46,831 nucleotides of DNA, from contig QNBE01000001.1 of assembly GCA_003645615.1 (NCBI GenBank), positions 1 through 46,831 of the forward strand, in the 5' to 3' direction. The notes beneath the pieces are model-generated. The model did no database searches. It was given only the letters and a program-made list of their open reading frames with translations, and had not been told where the DNA came from. Position numbers and translations under genes: made by a program. This document shows, piece by piece, positions 1 through 8,337 of the stretch (its first letter is position 1; each line of letters opens with the position of its first letter). Source of the stretch: a candidate division WOR-3 bacterium. GTDB taxonomy: Bacteria; Hydrothermota; Tepidihabitantia; B36-G15.

Positions 1-1
1 G

Positions 2-862
2 ACCTATATCTCTCTCCCCAACATCCATGGCTACGCGAGTGGGACCATTATGATTGATGGTGGAGAGCGGATCAGGATCAAAGGCGGGATCGATGCTGGT
101 GAGGCGATTTACAGCTACTCACTCACCGGTGGTGGTGTCACCAGATCCAAGGATGATAAACTCGATCTCGACCTCTCCCTCCGTTTCGATCGGGGGATAA
201 TGCTAAAAGGGGACCTCCTCAATAGTGAACTGGAAGGGGAGCTTCGGGTGATCAGGAGGAGGGGTATCCTCTCCCTTTCCGGTGAGTTCCAGTCCAATCG
301 GGGTGAAATCCGCTATCTCGACCACAACCTGAGATTGGAGTATGCCAATGCCACCTTTATCAACGATCCCGAGATCAACCCCCTGATCGATCTTAAGGCA
401 ACGATGAACTCTCGACTCGGTTATCGGATCATCCTCCGGGTCACCGGTCGTCTGCGGGAGCCGATCTTCAACTTCTATTCCGATCCACCTGGGCTGAGTG
501 AACAGGATATCATCACCTATCTCAACACCGGTTTCACCTGGACCGAGATCCAGGAGATGGGGAGTGAGGATCGGATCTCCTCCCTCCTTTCCGAGCGGTT
601 GATCCGTCTTCTCACCTACAGCCTATCCCGGGAACTGAGGGGTATATCCGGACTTGACTACCTCGATATTGAGAAGAGCCAGCTCACGATCGGCAAATAT
701 CTCCGTCCCAATCTCTTCTTCTCCTATACCCACAATCTTGGTAGTTTCAGCAGCGATGCCTTTGAGCTTGACTACACCATCCGACCTCGGGAGCGGATTG
801 TCCTCGAGAAGCTACAGGAAGGTGAGTATAGCATCCAGTATAAGATCCGATTGAGATTCTGA
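2..862 (+). CDS. tamB: TamB-like translocation/assembly module protein, C-terminal (DUF490-like) part; the 5' end lies outside the window
   Basis: The frame is open from nt 2, with no stop before the ATG at 50. The beta-rich C-terminus (LTIGKYLRPNLFFSYTHNL ... YSIQYKIRLRF) resembles TamB/DUF490 ends. The stop TGA at 860-862 overlaps the priA ATG at 862-864. Confidence 0.6.
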   Translation, partial: TYISLPNIHGYASGTIMIDGGERIRIKGGIDAGEAIYSYSLTGGGVTRSKDDKLDLDLSLRFDRGIMLKGDLLNSELEGELRVIRRRGILSLSGEFQSNRGEIRYLDHNLRLEYANATFINDPEINPLIDLKATMNSRLGYRIILRVTGRLREPIFNFYSDPPGLSEQDIITYLNTGFTWTEIQEMGSEDRISSLLSERLIRLLTYSLSRELRGISGLDYLDIEKSQLTIGKYLRPNLFFSYTHNLGSFSSDAFELDYTIRPRERIVLEKLQEGEYSIQYKIRLRF

Positions 863-2739
863 TGGAGAGTGTCAAGGTTGTCCCGCTCGGTAAACCGATC
901 CCACCGCTCTCCTACCTTACCGAAAGGGCAGCGCCCGGTGATCTGGTCCTGGTTCCGATCCGGGATCGGGTCGCCTATGGGTTGGTAATCGGAGTCGGGA
1001 GTGAGTCGAGGCGGTTGAGAAGGATCCGCCGGATCGTCATCAAGAGATTCATACCTGAGGATCTGCTCAGGACGATCTTCTGGATGGCTGACTATTATCT
1101 TGCACCGATTGATGTGGCAATCCGTATGGCAATACCAAGACTGATCCTCCCTCGCACTGCCTTTCCATCGCTGATCCGCGAGTATGGTGAGGGACCGGTG
1201 CCCAATCGCTGGCAGCGACATGCAATCGATAAGATTGGTGCGGCGATTAAGAGCCGGACCCATCAGATCTTTCTCCTTTACGGGGTGACCGGGAGCGGCA
1301 AGACCGAGGTCTATATCAATCTTATCCAGAAGGCATTGAGGATGGGTATGGGGGCCATCTTCCTCTATCCGGAGATTGGCCTTACCCCACTCTATCGGGA
1401 CCGATTCCAGCGGCGATTTCCCAGTCTGGTATTACATTCGGGCCTTAATCAGAAGACCCGCCGTTCTCACTGGCATGCTTTGAGAGAAGGGGTCTTTCCG
1501 GTTGGGATCGGTCCCAGGTCAGCAATCTTCGCCCCGATCCCAAAGCTGGGTCTGATCATTGTTGATGAGGAGCATAGCACCAGTTATAAGGAGGAATTCC
1601 GTCCACCCCGTTATCATGCCCGGGAGGTGGCAATTGCCCGGGGTAGGTTTGCCTCCTGTCCGGTCGTTCTCGGTTCGGCCACCCCGGCGGTGGAGACCTA
1701 CTACCATGCGGTCTGTGGTCGGATCCATTTGATTCGCCTCCCCCAGAGGGTTAAGCATCGGCCCCTTCCAGTTGTGAGGTTGGTCGATCTCAGAAGGGTG
1801 AAACAGCAGCCGATTACCCCTTGCCTTAAGAGGGAATTGGACCGGTCGGTATCCCGGGGTGAGCAGGCGATCATCTTCATCAATCGGAAGGGCTATGCCC
1901 CGGTACTGATCTGCCCTGAATGCGGTTTCACACCTCGTTGTCCCGGGTGCGATATCCCTCTGGTCTACTATCGGAAGGAGGAGATTCTCCGCTGCCCTTA
2001 TTGTAATTATAACGAACCGATTGGTCCCGTGTGTCCTCGCTGCCACCATCCGAGATGGAGGATGATCGGGATGGGGACCGAGAGGATTGAGGAACAGTTG
2101 AGAAGGCTCTTTGGAGATAAGGTGGTCCGGTTCGATCGTTCGCGGGTTATTCGTGATCTGGAGCGGATCTACCTCCAGTTTCAGAATCGAGACCGGTTAT
2201 TGATGGTGGGGACTTCGCTGGTTACCAAGGGTCATGACTTCCCCAAGGTCACCTTAGTTGGGGTGATCAATGGTGATCAGATTCTCAACCTTCCCGACTT
2301 TCGTGCCGGTGAGTATACCTTTCAGGTTCTTACCCAGGTGGCCGGAAGGGCAGGAAGGGGGAGGCGACCGGGTAGGGTGATCATCCAGACCCATCGTCCG
2401 GACCACCCGATCTTCCAGTCAATAAAGGAGCAGAGCTATGAACGGTTCTATCAGGAGGAGATCATAAGGCGTAAGGAACTCGGCTATCCCCCTTTCTCCC
2501 GGCTCATCCTGATTCGACTCCGGGGGCCGTCACTACCAGAGTTGTTGCGGATTGGCATCGAAATCAAGAATAAGATCCCGGAGATCTTAGGGCCGGTGCC
2601 ATCCTTTCGGAGAAAGATCGGTGGCAATCATCAACTGATCATGCTCCTTAAGGTGGATGGAAAGGACGGGCGACTAAAGGATTTGATTGGTAAGGATTCA
2701 AGGTTGGCGGTCGATGTCGATCCCATCACCACAATCTGA
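862..2739 (+). CDS. priA: Primosomal protein N' (replication restart helicase PriA)
   Basis: Walker A motif GVTGSGKTEVY and a DEEH box (IIVDEEHSTSYK). Four CxxC pairs (CPECG, CPGCD, CPYCN, CPRCH) form the PriA zinc-binding insertion. Confidence 0.9.
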   Translation: MESVKVVPLGKPIPPLSYLTERAAPGDLVLVPIRDRVAYGLVIGVGSESRRLRRIRRIVIKRFIPEDLLRTIFWMADYYLAPIDVAIRMAIPRLILPRTAFPSLIREYGEGPVPNRWQRHAIDKIGAAIKSRTHQIFLLYGVTGSGKTEVYINLIQKALRMGMGAIFLYPEIGLTPLYRDRFQRRFPSLVLHSGLNQKTRRSHWHALREGVFPVGIGPRSAIFAPIPKLGLIIVDEEHSTSYKEEFRPPRYHAREVAIARGRFASCPVVLGSATPAVETYYHAVCGRIHLIRLPQRVKHRPLPVVRLVDLRRVKQQPITPCLKRELDRSVSRGEQAIIFINRKGYAPVLICPECGFTPRCPGCDIPLVYYRKEEILRCPYCNYNEPIGPVCPRCHHPRWRMIGMGTERIEEQLRRLFGDKVVRFDRSRVIRDLERIYLQFQNRDRLLMVGTSLVTKGHDFPKVTLVGVINGDQILNLPDFRAGEYTFQVLTQVAGRAGRGRRPGRVIIQTHRPDHPIFQSIKEQSYERFYQEEIIRRKELGYPPFSRLILIRLRGPSLPELLRIGIEIKNKIPEILGPVPSFRRKIGGNHQLIMLLKVDGKDGRLKDLIGKDSRLAVDVDPITTI

Positions 2740-2750
2740 AAGGGGAGAAT

Positions 2751-4064
2751 ATGTGTGATGAACTTCTTAAAAAGATTGCTGCTAAGGAGGTAGCAGTATC
2801 AATCATTGGTCTCGGTTATGTCGGACTGCCGCTGGCCTCGGCTATCGTCCGGGCCGGCATCACCACTATCGGTATCGATATCGATGAGGTGCGGGTGCGG
2901 ATGATTAATGAGGGGCGGAGCCCAGTCTCCGATGTCCCGGATGAGGAGCTGAAAGGGCTTCTAAAGAGAGGTTTCTTGGCCAGTGGTGACTACGACCGAA
3001 TTAAGGAGACCGATGTCATCATCGTCTGCGTTCCGACCCCGGTGACGAGATCGAAGGATCCAGATCTTACCTATCTTATCGGTGCGGGCCAGGGGATTGG
3101 AGCCCGGCTGAGGAGGGGACAGCTTGTGATCCTGAAATCGACCACCTTCCCCCAGACCACAGAAGGGGTATTTCTACCGTTGTTAGAAAAATCTGGGCTT
3201 AAAGTGGGTAAAGACTTCTTCCTCGCCTTCTGTCCGGAAAGGGTTGATCCAGGCAACCGGAGGTTCAATATTGAGAATACCCCGATCGTGATTGGTGGGG
3301 TCACCGACAACTGCCAGAAGGCGGCGGTTGCCTTCTATAAGCTGATCGTTCCCGCGGTCCACCCGGTCTCATCACCTCAGGCAGCCGAGATGACCAAATT
3401 GCTGGAGAATGTCTTCCGGAATGTAAATATTGCCCTGGTCAACGAGCTGGCGATCCTTTGCGAGCGGATGGGCCTCGACATCTGGGAGGTGATCGAGGCG
3501 GCATCAACAAAGCCCTTCGGCTTTATGCCCTTCTATCCTGGACCCGGGGTTGGGGGCCACTGTATCCCGATCGATCCCTACTACCTCTCCTGGAAGGCAA
3601 GGGAGTTCGACTACCATATCGGTTTTATCGAACTTGCCGCCCGGATCAATGAGAATATGCCCTATCATGTGGCCCAGCTTATCACTGAGATCCTGGGCAA
3701 GAGGGGGATTGGACTTAAGAAGGCCAAGGTTTTGATTGTCGGAGTCACCTTCAAACCGGATGTCGCCGACACCAGGCACTCACCCGCATTAAAGCTGATC
3801 GAGATCATTCAGGATAAAGTGGGCTGGCTTGGCTTCCATGATCCCCTGATTGGGGAGGTGATTGTGGGGAGGAGGCGCTATCGATCGGTCGATCTCGAAC
3901 AAACGCTAAAAGAGATCGATCTCGCCGTTATTATTACCAATCACTCCCAGCTCGACTACGAGCGGGTTGTGTCCGAGGCACCACTCGTTCTCGATACCCG
4001 CAACGGTTGCAAGGGGATTACTGCTGAGAACGTCTTCTCCTTAGGCCGGCCGATCCTCGACTAA
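2751..4064 (+). CDS. Nucleotide-sugar dehydrogenase (UDP-glucose/GDP-mannose dehydrogenase family, UDP-N-acetyl-hexosamine dehydrogenase-like)
   Basis: N-terminal Rossmann motif GLGYVGLPLA and catalytic-Cys motif GVGGHCIPIDP. The 437 aa length fits the three-domain family. A purine-rich SD (aaagggga) lies upstream of the ATG. Confidence 0.85.
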   Translation: MCDELLKKIAAKEVAVSIIGLGYVGLPLASAIVRAGITTIGIDIDEVRVRMINEGRSPVSDVPDEELKGLLKRGFLASGDYDRIKETDVIIVCVPTPVTRSKDPDLTYLIGAGQGIGARLRRGQLVILKSTTFPQTTEGVFLPLLEKSGLKVGKDFFLAFCPERVDPGNRRFNIENTPIVIGGVTDNCQKAAVAFYKLIVPAVHPVSSPQAAEMTKLLENVFRNVNIALVNELAILCERMGLDIWEVIEAASTKPFGFMPFYPGPGVGGHCIPIDPYYLSWKAREFDYHIGFIELAARINENMPYHVAQLITEILGKRGIGLKKAKVLIVGVTFKPDVADTRHSPALKLIEIIQDKVGWLGFHDPLIGEVIVGRRRYRSVDLEQTLKEIDLAVIITNHSQLDYERVVSEAPLVLDTRNGCKGITAENVFSLGRPILD

Positions 4065-5398
4065 TCAATTTTTACCAGCTTGACTGTCGCACCACCGGAT
4101 CGGAGGAGATAGATCCCAGGAGCTACCTCATGGCCATCTTCATCCCGGCCATCCCAGAGGCCCCTCGATAAGGTTCGGATCCTCTTTCCGTTAACATCGT
4201 AGATCTCAATCTCTCCCGGGATATGGGTGATCCGGACTTGATCCCGAAACGGATTGGGTGAGAAATGGATCGAGTGGGTCGCAGCTTCCTCCCCAGTCTG
4301 AATCGGATATTCCTCATCAACAAATCGGACCTGGTAGGGGGGATGATCACCCTGGGTCCAGAGGACATAGCAACCGGAAACGCTGGGATGGTGGACATTC
4401 TGATCTCCGTAGTAATCCCGAAATCGATAGTCCCACCAGCCCATCATGAAATAGTAGCGGTGGGCAAAGATATCATCTTTTCCTCCGCTATTATCTTCCC
4501 AGTAGAGATAACTCCATGTCTTGCCTACCGTCGATATGACTGGATAGCGGGACTGCCCTGGGGTGGAATAACCACCGCCATTGCCGCGATAGAAATAGGC
4601 CTCGAGATTACCAGAGCTGCTGTCCTCCCAAGCGGCTGAGATGTCATCTTCCCCCTTGGCATAATCGAGACTCGGATGGTGGAGGGGACGATAGGATGGA
4701 CCTCCAATGAACTCCTCATCAGACCATACCCCATCCTTGAGATAACGGTGGACAATCCGATAGGGGGAATAGGAGGAAGGGTCATAACGCTCCCAGATGA
4801 CATGGATCTCATCGCCATTATAAAGGCTTATCGAAGGGTAGATATCAGTGGCGATGCTGTTCTGGCTCAGGTTATAGGTATCACTGGGGGAGGTGTCATA
4901 ACCGCAGTAATAGATCTCCCAGTTACCTGGGGTATTATCCTGGAAGACAATATGCATCTTTCCGTTTTTGTCGATGATAATGGCGGGCAGGGTTGAATGG
5001 CCTGGTGTGTAGCTGATCCGGATCGGAGGTTTAGGATCGAATGGACATTTTAAGAAGATCTCCCCTTTTCCGGCCGAGTCTCCCTCGCACACTACATAGG
5101 GGACTCGATTATAGTGGTCAAGTGATGGAAATCGTCCATTGTTCCAGGGGGTAGCCGAAAGATACATCTTCTGCCAAGTCTCGCCCTGGTCATAGGAGTA
5201 GGCGAAGTATAGGCTCTCCTCGGTATAGGCGTAGACAGCATAGATTGTATCGGTATTAAAACTACCGGCCGGGATAACCTTGAAGCCATTACTGTAGCCA
5301 GTGGCATTGATCAGATAGGTATAATCAATGGTGATCGGCTGGCCAGTTTGGGCATGGGTGATCCAACAGATGATCAAAAGGATACCCGATCTACTCAT
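4061..5398 (-). CDS. Secreted BNR/Asp-box-like beta-propeller protein with a T9SS-type C-terminal sorting domain
   Basis: The ATG at 5398 follows the SD GGGAGG and begins a signal peptide, MSRSGILLIICWITHAQTG. The longer ORF reaches 5419. An Asp-box-like motif YDQGETW is present. The last ~70 aa (FSPNPFRDQV ... GIYLLRSGGATVKLVKID) look like a T9SS/FlgD-Ig-like CTD. Confidence 0.6.
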   Translation of the reverse strand: MSRSGILLIICWITHAQTGQPITIDYTYLINATGYSNGFKVIPAGSFNTDTIYAVYAYTEESLYFAYSYDQGETWQKMYLSATPWNNGRFPSLDHYNRVPYVVCEGDSAGKGEIFLKCPFDPKPPIRISYTPGHSTLPAIIIDKNGKMHIVFQDNTPGNWEIYYCGYDTSPSDTYNLSQNSIATDIYPSISLYNGDEIHVIWERYDPSSYSPYRIVHRYLKDGVWSDEEFIGGPSYRPLHHPSLDYAKGEDDISAAWEDSSSGNLEAYFYRGNGGGYSTPGQSRYPVISTVGKTWSYLYWEDNSGGKDDIFAHRYYFMMGWWDYRFRDYYGDQNVHHPSVSGCYVLWTQGDHPPYQVRFVDEEYPIQTGEEAATHSIHFSPNPFRDQVRITHIPGEIEIYDVNGKRIRTLSRGLWDGRDEDGHEVAPGIYLLRSGGATVKLVKID

Positions 5399-5419
5399 CT
5401 TACGCCTCCCGATCATCAA

Positions 5420-5447
5420 ATGATAATCGGGATGCTCAGACTGTCAA
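5420..5447 (-). promoter_or_regulatory. Sigma70-like promoter for the BNR/T9SS gene
   Basis: On the minus strand: TTGACA (5447-5442), 16-nt spacer, TATCAT (5425-5420). Confidence 0.45.
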
Positions 5448-5465
5448 TCGGGTAGAAAAGAATAT

Positions 5466-5723
5466 TCATAGGTTACTGTGTGTACTCTCCATTTCGACTC
5501 TGATCAACCAGACATCACGCCCTCCAGCGCCGTAAGTATAACCGGTTACAATATAACCACCATCTGAGGCCTGTTGGACCGAGTAACCACAATCAGGGCC
5601 TGCACCACCGAAGATCTTTGTCCACATGGTGTCAGGTGCCCGAGCAAAAAGGTAATCACCGCACCCAGTAGCAATATCTAAACCGATCTTATCATCACGA
5701 CATCCTTCCTTAAAAACCCGTAA
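5466..5723 (-). pseudogene. Remnant of a T9SS-cargo paralog, with N-terminal repeat only and no signal peptide or CTD
   Basis: My own minus-strand translation gives ...RAPDTMWTKIFGGAGPDCGYSVQQASDGGYIVTGYTYGAGGRDVWLIRVEME...*. This closely parallels residues [52 protein letters not shown] of the 24487-24957 protein. The only ATG (5627) leaves 53 codons, and the open frame runs back to a stop at about 5724. Confidence 0.4.
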
Positions 5724-5796
5724 TTAAAAATGATACCCTCACCAAATCTATCATCATGAAACACGACGAAGGGGTCGAAGGGGAATCAAGTTTCGG

Positions 5797-5824
5797 TTGA
5801 CACTCCCAACCGCTCCGTTACAAT
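5797..5824 (+). promoter_or_regulatory. Sigma70-like promoter for tRNA-Asn
   Basis: TTGACA (5797-5802), 16-nt spacer, TACAAT (5819-5824). The tRNA 5' end lies 9 nt downstream. Confidence 0.55.
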
Positions 5825-5832
5825 CTACATGT

Positions 5833-5905
5833 TCCCCGGTAGCTCAATCGGCAGAGCGGGTGGCTGTTAACCACTAGGTTGCAGGTTCAAGTCCTGCCCG
5901 GGGAG
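5833..5905 (+). tRNA. tRNA-Asn (anticodon GTT)
   Basis: Hand-folded cloverleaf. Acceptor TCCCCGG/CCGGGGA; D arm GCTC-AATCGGCA-GAGC; anticodon arm GGTGG-CTGTTAA-CCACT (anticodon GTT); variable loop AGGTT; T arm GCAGG-TTCAAGT-CCTGC; discriminator G. CCA is not encoded. Length 73 nt. Confidence 0.9.
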
Positions 5906-5916
5906 TAAAGGAAAGC

Positions 5917-5944
5917 TTGACACCCTGGCTACCAAAATTATATT
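5917..5944 (+). promoter_or_regulatory. Sigma70-like promoter placing the ATG at 5950 at or near the transcript 5' end
   Basis: TTGACA (5917-5922), 16-nt spacer, TATATT (5939-5944), 5 nt, ATG at 5950. The TTG used as the ORF-track start is the -35 box. Confidence 0.5.
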
Positions 5945-5949
5945 TAGCC

Positions 5950-6453
5950 ATGGTCATTTTGATCGCCCTTCAGCTCATCTCAGGACCGGAAGTCTATTTT
6001 CATGCCCGTGCCAATGCCCTGGTAATCCGCTATCCGGTTGGGCCGGAATCGGTAGCGGTCTATTACTCCTTAGATGGTGCCTCCTGGCGAGGGTATTGGA
6101 TGGCAAGGAAGGGTGAGTTCTACGAATCTTATATCGATCTCACGAATCGACCCACGATCCTCGCTCTCATCTTCAGGGTTGGGGAAAGGATCGATGATAA
6201 TAGTGGTGACTTATACCTCTATGAGCTGAGGTGGCAGCCCCGCTCAATCCTGAGGATCGATTTTATAACCTTAGAGAGAATGCTCCTGGTTGCTAAGGCA
6301 AAACTGATGGAACCCGATTATCGAGATGAGGCGGGTAACATCCTCGATTATCTGGATCGAATCGTTTCGCGGCTTCCCCGTTATCGGAAGCCATTCAATA
6401 GGCGGGTTCAGGAACTTCGGATGAGGGTGGGCAATCTCAAAATTGGTGATTGA
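5950..6453 (+). CDS. Hypothetical protein with an N-terminal hydrophobic segment
   Basis: The ORF-track frame runs 5917-6453. I prefer the ATG at 5950 (MVILIALQLISGPE...) because of the promoter geometry. I recognise no family motif. Confidence 0.5.
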   Translation: MVILIALQLISGPEVYFHARANALVIRYPVGPESVAVYYSLDGASWRGYWMARKGEFYESYIDLTNRPTILALIFRVGERIDDNSGDLYLYELRWQPRSILRIDFITLERMLLVAKAKLMEPDYRDEAGNILDYLDRIVSRLPRYRKPFNRRVQELRMRVGNLKIGD

Positions 6454-6477
6454 CAGGTTAGTCCCCCTCAGTATAAT
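6450..6477 (+). promoter_or_regulatory. Sigma70-like promoter for the coiled-coil lipoprotein/LysM genes
   Basis: TTGACA (6450-6455), 16-nt spacer, TATAAT (6472-6477). The SD AAGGAGG (6489-6495) follows. Confidence 0.55.
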
Positions 6478-6502
6478 TGACAATCTTTAAGGAGGTGTGG
6501 AT

Positions 6503-6766
6503 ATGCAGCGATGGGCGATTGGGATTCTACTCGTCCTCTTCCTTTTTGGTATTGGATGTGGTCCCAAATACGCTAAAAAGGAGACACTCAGCTTATTGGA
6601 AGAGGCCAGACTTGCTGCGGAGAAGGCGGAGGCTAAGGTGAAGGATCTCGAGGCTGAGATTGCGTCTCTGAAGGAGAAGATTTCCTCGCTGAAGGAAGAG
6701 CTCAACGAGCTGACCCAGGAACGGGATGCGCTTAAGGAGAAGATCAGTTCTCGATGTGGCAAGTAG
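6503..6766 (+). CDS. Small coiled-coil lipoprotein
   Basis: The ATG at 6503 lies 7 nt after GGAGG; the GTG at 6497 is too close to the SD. A lipobox-like LFLFGIGC is followed by heptad-rich sequence (AEKAEAKVKDLEAEIASLKEKISSLKEELNEL). Confidence 0.6.
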   Translation: MQRWAIGILLVLFLFGIGCGPKYAKKETLSLLEEARLAAEKAEAKVKDLEAEIASLKEKISSLKEELNELTQERDALKEKISSRCGK

Positions 6767-6775
6767 GAGGATGAG

Positions 6776-7372
6776 ATGAGAGCAATTGTCATGCTTATCG
6801 TTATCGGGTTGGTATTGCCCGGCACCATTTTCGCTCAGGAGAAGAAGCTGACCGAGGAAGAAGCACAGAAGTTGATTCAGGAATATAAAGATCGGGCGGC
6901 CAAGGCCGAAGCCAAGATCGGTGAGCTTACCAAGGAGATCGAGAAGCTGAAGCAGGAGGTGACCGATCTGGAGACCAGAGTCGGGAAGATGAAGACGGAA
7001 ATAAGTGAACTCAAGGAGGAATGGAAAAGGTGTCAGTGGGGAAGGTATCGGGTCCAGGAAGGTGACTACCTCTCCAAGATTGCCGGACTCCGCATCGTCT
7101 ATCATGATCCCAGCAAATGGGGCATGATCTACGAGGCGAACAAGGATAAGATTCGTAATCCTGATCTTATCTATCCGGGATGGGTGTTGCTGATCCCGGG
7201 ACTTGATTCCTATCGCGTGATTCCCGGCGATTGCCTCTGGAGGATCGCAAGTTACCTTTCAATCTACTCCAATGCCAGAGACTGGCCCAAGATCTATGAG
7301 GCCAATAAAGATAAGATCAAGGATCCGGATCTGATCTACCCCAATCAGGAATTCACCATCCCCAGAGAATGA
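6776..7372 (+). CDS. Secreted coiled-coil protein with two LysM peptidoglycan-binding domains
   Basis: The SD AGGAGG lies 5 nt upstream. A signal peptide and a coiled coil come first. Two LysM-like repeats follow (YRVQEGDYLSKIAG...IYPGWVLLIP and YRVIPGDCLWRIAS...IYPNQEFTIP). Confidence 0.8.
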   Translation: MRAIVMLIVIGLVLPGTIFAQEKKLTEEEAQKLIQEYKDRAAKAEAKIGELTKEIEKLKQEVTDLETRVGKMKTEISELKEEWKRCQWGRYRVQEGDYLSKIAGLRIVYHDPSKWGMIYEANKDKIRNPDLIYPGWVLLIPGLDSYRVIPGDCLWRIASYLSIYSNARDWPKIYEANKDKIKDPDLIYPNQEFTIPRE

Positions 7373-8337
7373 ATCCGGTTAAGGAGGACCCTGAGGGCGA
7401 ATCAGGGTCCTCCACACTCTCCTTATCCTTAACTGGTGTCGATCCAATCAAGATCTTAGGAAGCAATGATAGTTTTGTAAAATATTTAGAACGGAATCTC
7501 GATGTGAAGATTGTTGTCCGGAATGACCGGGTCTGGTTTTCGGGGGAGAGAAAGGATTGTCGGGTCGCCAAGGCGGTTTTGGCTGGACTTCTGAGACGGG
7601 TTAGGAAGGGGGATGAGATCGATGAGGTGGATATTGAGCAGGAGATGAGGAGTCAGATAAAAAGCGGAGAGTGGTTGAAGGAGAGTGTTGCTACCCCCAA
7701 ATTAGTAATAAGACCCCGTTCCGATGGCCAGCTCAAGTATCTCAGGGCGATCGATACCTATGATATCGTCATCTGCATCGGCCCGGCCGGAACCGGTAAG
7801 ACCTATCTGGCGGTGGCCAAGGCGGTCGAGTCGCTCATCGATCGCAAGATCACCAGGATCATCCTCACCCGGCCCGCGGTTGAGGCGGGGGAATCGCTCG
7901 GTTTTCTTCCCGGGGGGTATCAGGAGAAGGTCGATCCCTATCTCCGGCCTTTGTACGATGCGCTCTACGATATGATGCCTTATGAACGGGTCCTCAGATT
8001 GATGGATAAGAATACGATCGAGGTTGCCCCCCTCGCCTATATGAGGGGGAGAAGTCTCAACGATGCCTTTGTGATCCTGGATGAGGCCCAGAATACGACC
8101 TCGATGCAGATGAAGATGTTTCTGACCCGGATGGGTTGGAATACCAAGTTGGTGATCAATGGCGACATCACCCAGATCGACCTGGCCCCGGGTATCGTGT
8201 CTGGTCTGATCGAAGCGAGAAGGCTTTTGAAGGGGATCAAAGGGATCTCCTTCATAGAGCTCACCGAAGCCGATGTCGTCCGCCATCCCTTAGTTACAAG
8301 AATAATAAAGGCTTATGAAAGGAAGGATCGTAAGTAG
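7369..8337 (+). CDS. phoH: PhoH-like ATPase (PhoH/YbeZ family)
   Basis: Walker A motif GPAGTGKTYLAVA and Walker B motif FVILDEAQN. The ATG overlaps the upstream stop (ATGA). It is followed by the conserved 7TM-HD / ybeY / corC neighbours. Confidence 0.9.
   Translation: MNPVKEDPEGESGSSTLSLSLTGVDPIKILGSNDSFVKYLERNLDVKIVVRNDRVWFSGERKDCRVAKAVLAGLLRRVRKGDEIDEVDIEQEMRSQIKSGEWLKESVATPKLVIRPRSDGQLKYLRAIDTYDIVICIGPAGTGKTYLAVAKAVESLIDRKITRIILTRPAVEAGESLGFLPGGYQEKVDPYLRPLYDALYDMMPYERVLRLMDKNTIEVAPLAYMRGRSLNDAFVILDEAQNTTSMQMKMFLTRMGWNTKLVINGDITQIDLAPGIVSGLIEARRLLKGIKGISFIELTEADVVRHPLVTRIIKAYERKDRK

Noticed and set aside
5917-5949. N-terminal extensions 'MTP...' given by the ORF track at 5917 and 22839
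   Set aside because: In both cases the TTG is the first triplet of a TTGAC(A/G) -35 box. A properly spaced -10 follows, with an ATG 33 nt downstream that begins the hydrophobic N-terminus.
6593-7105. 170-aa minus-strand ORF (and 6487-6828) opposite the coiled-coil/LysM genes
   Set aside because: It is antisense to genes that have an SD, signal peptides and LysM motifs. The L/Q-rich sequence is the expected mirror of E/K-rich coiled-coil codons.
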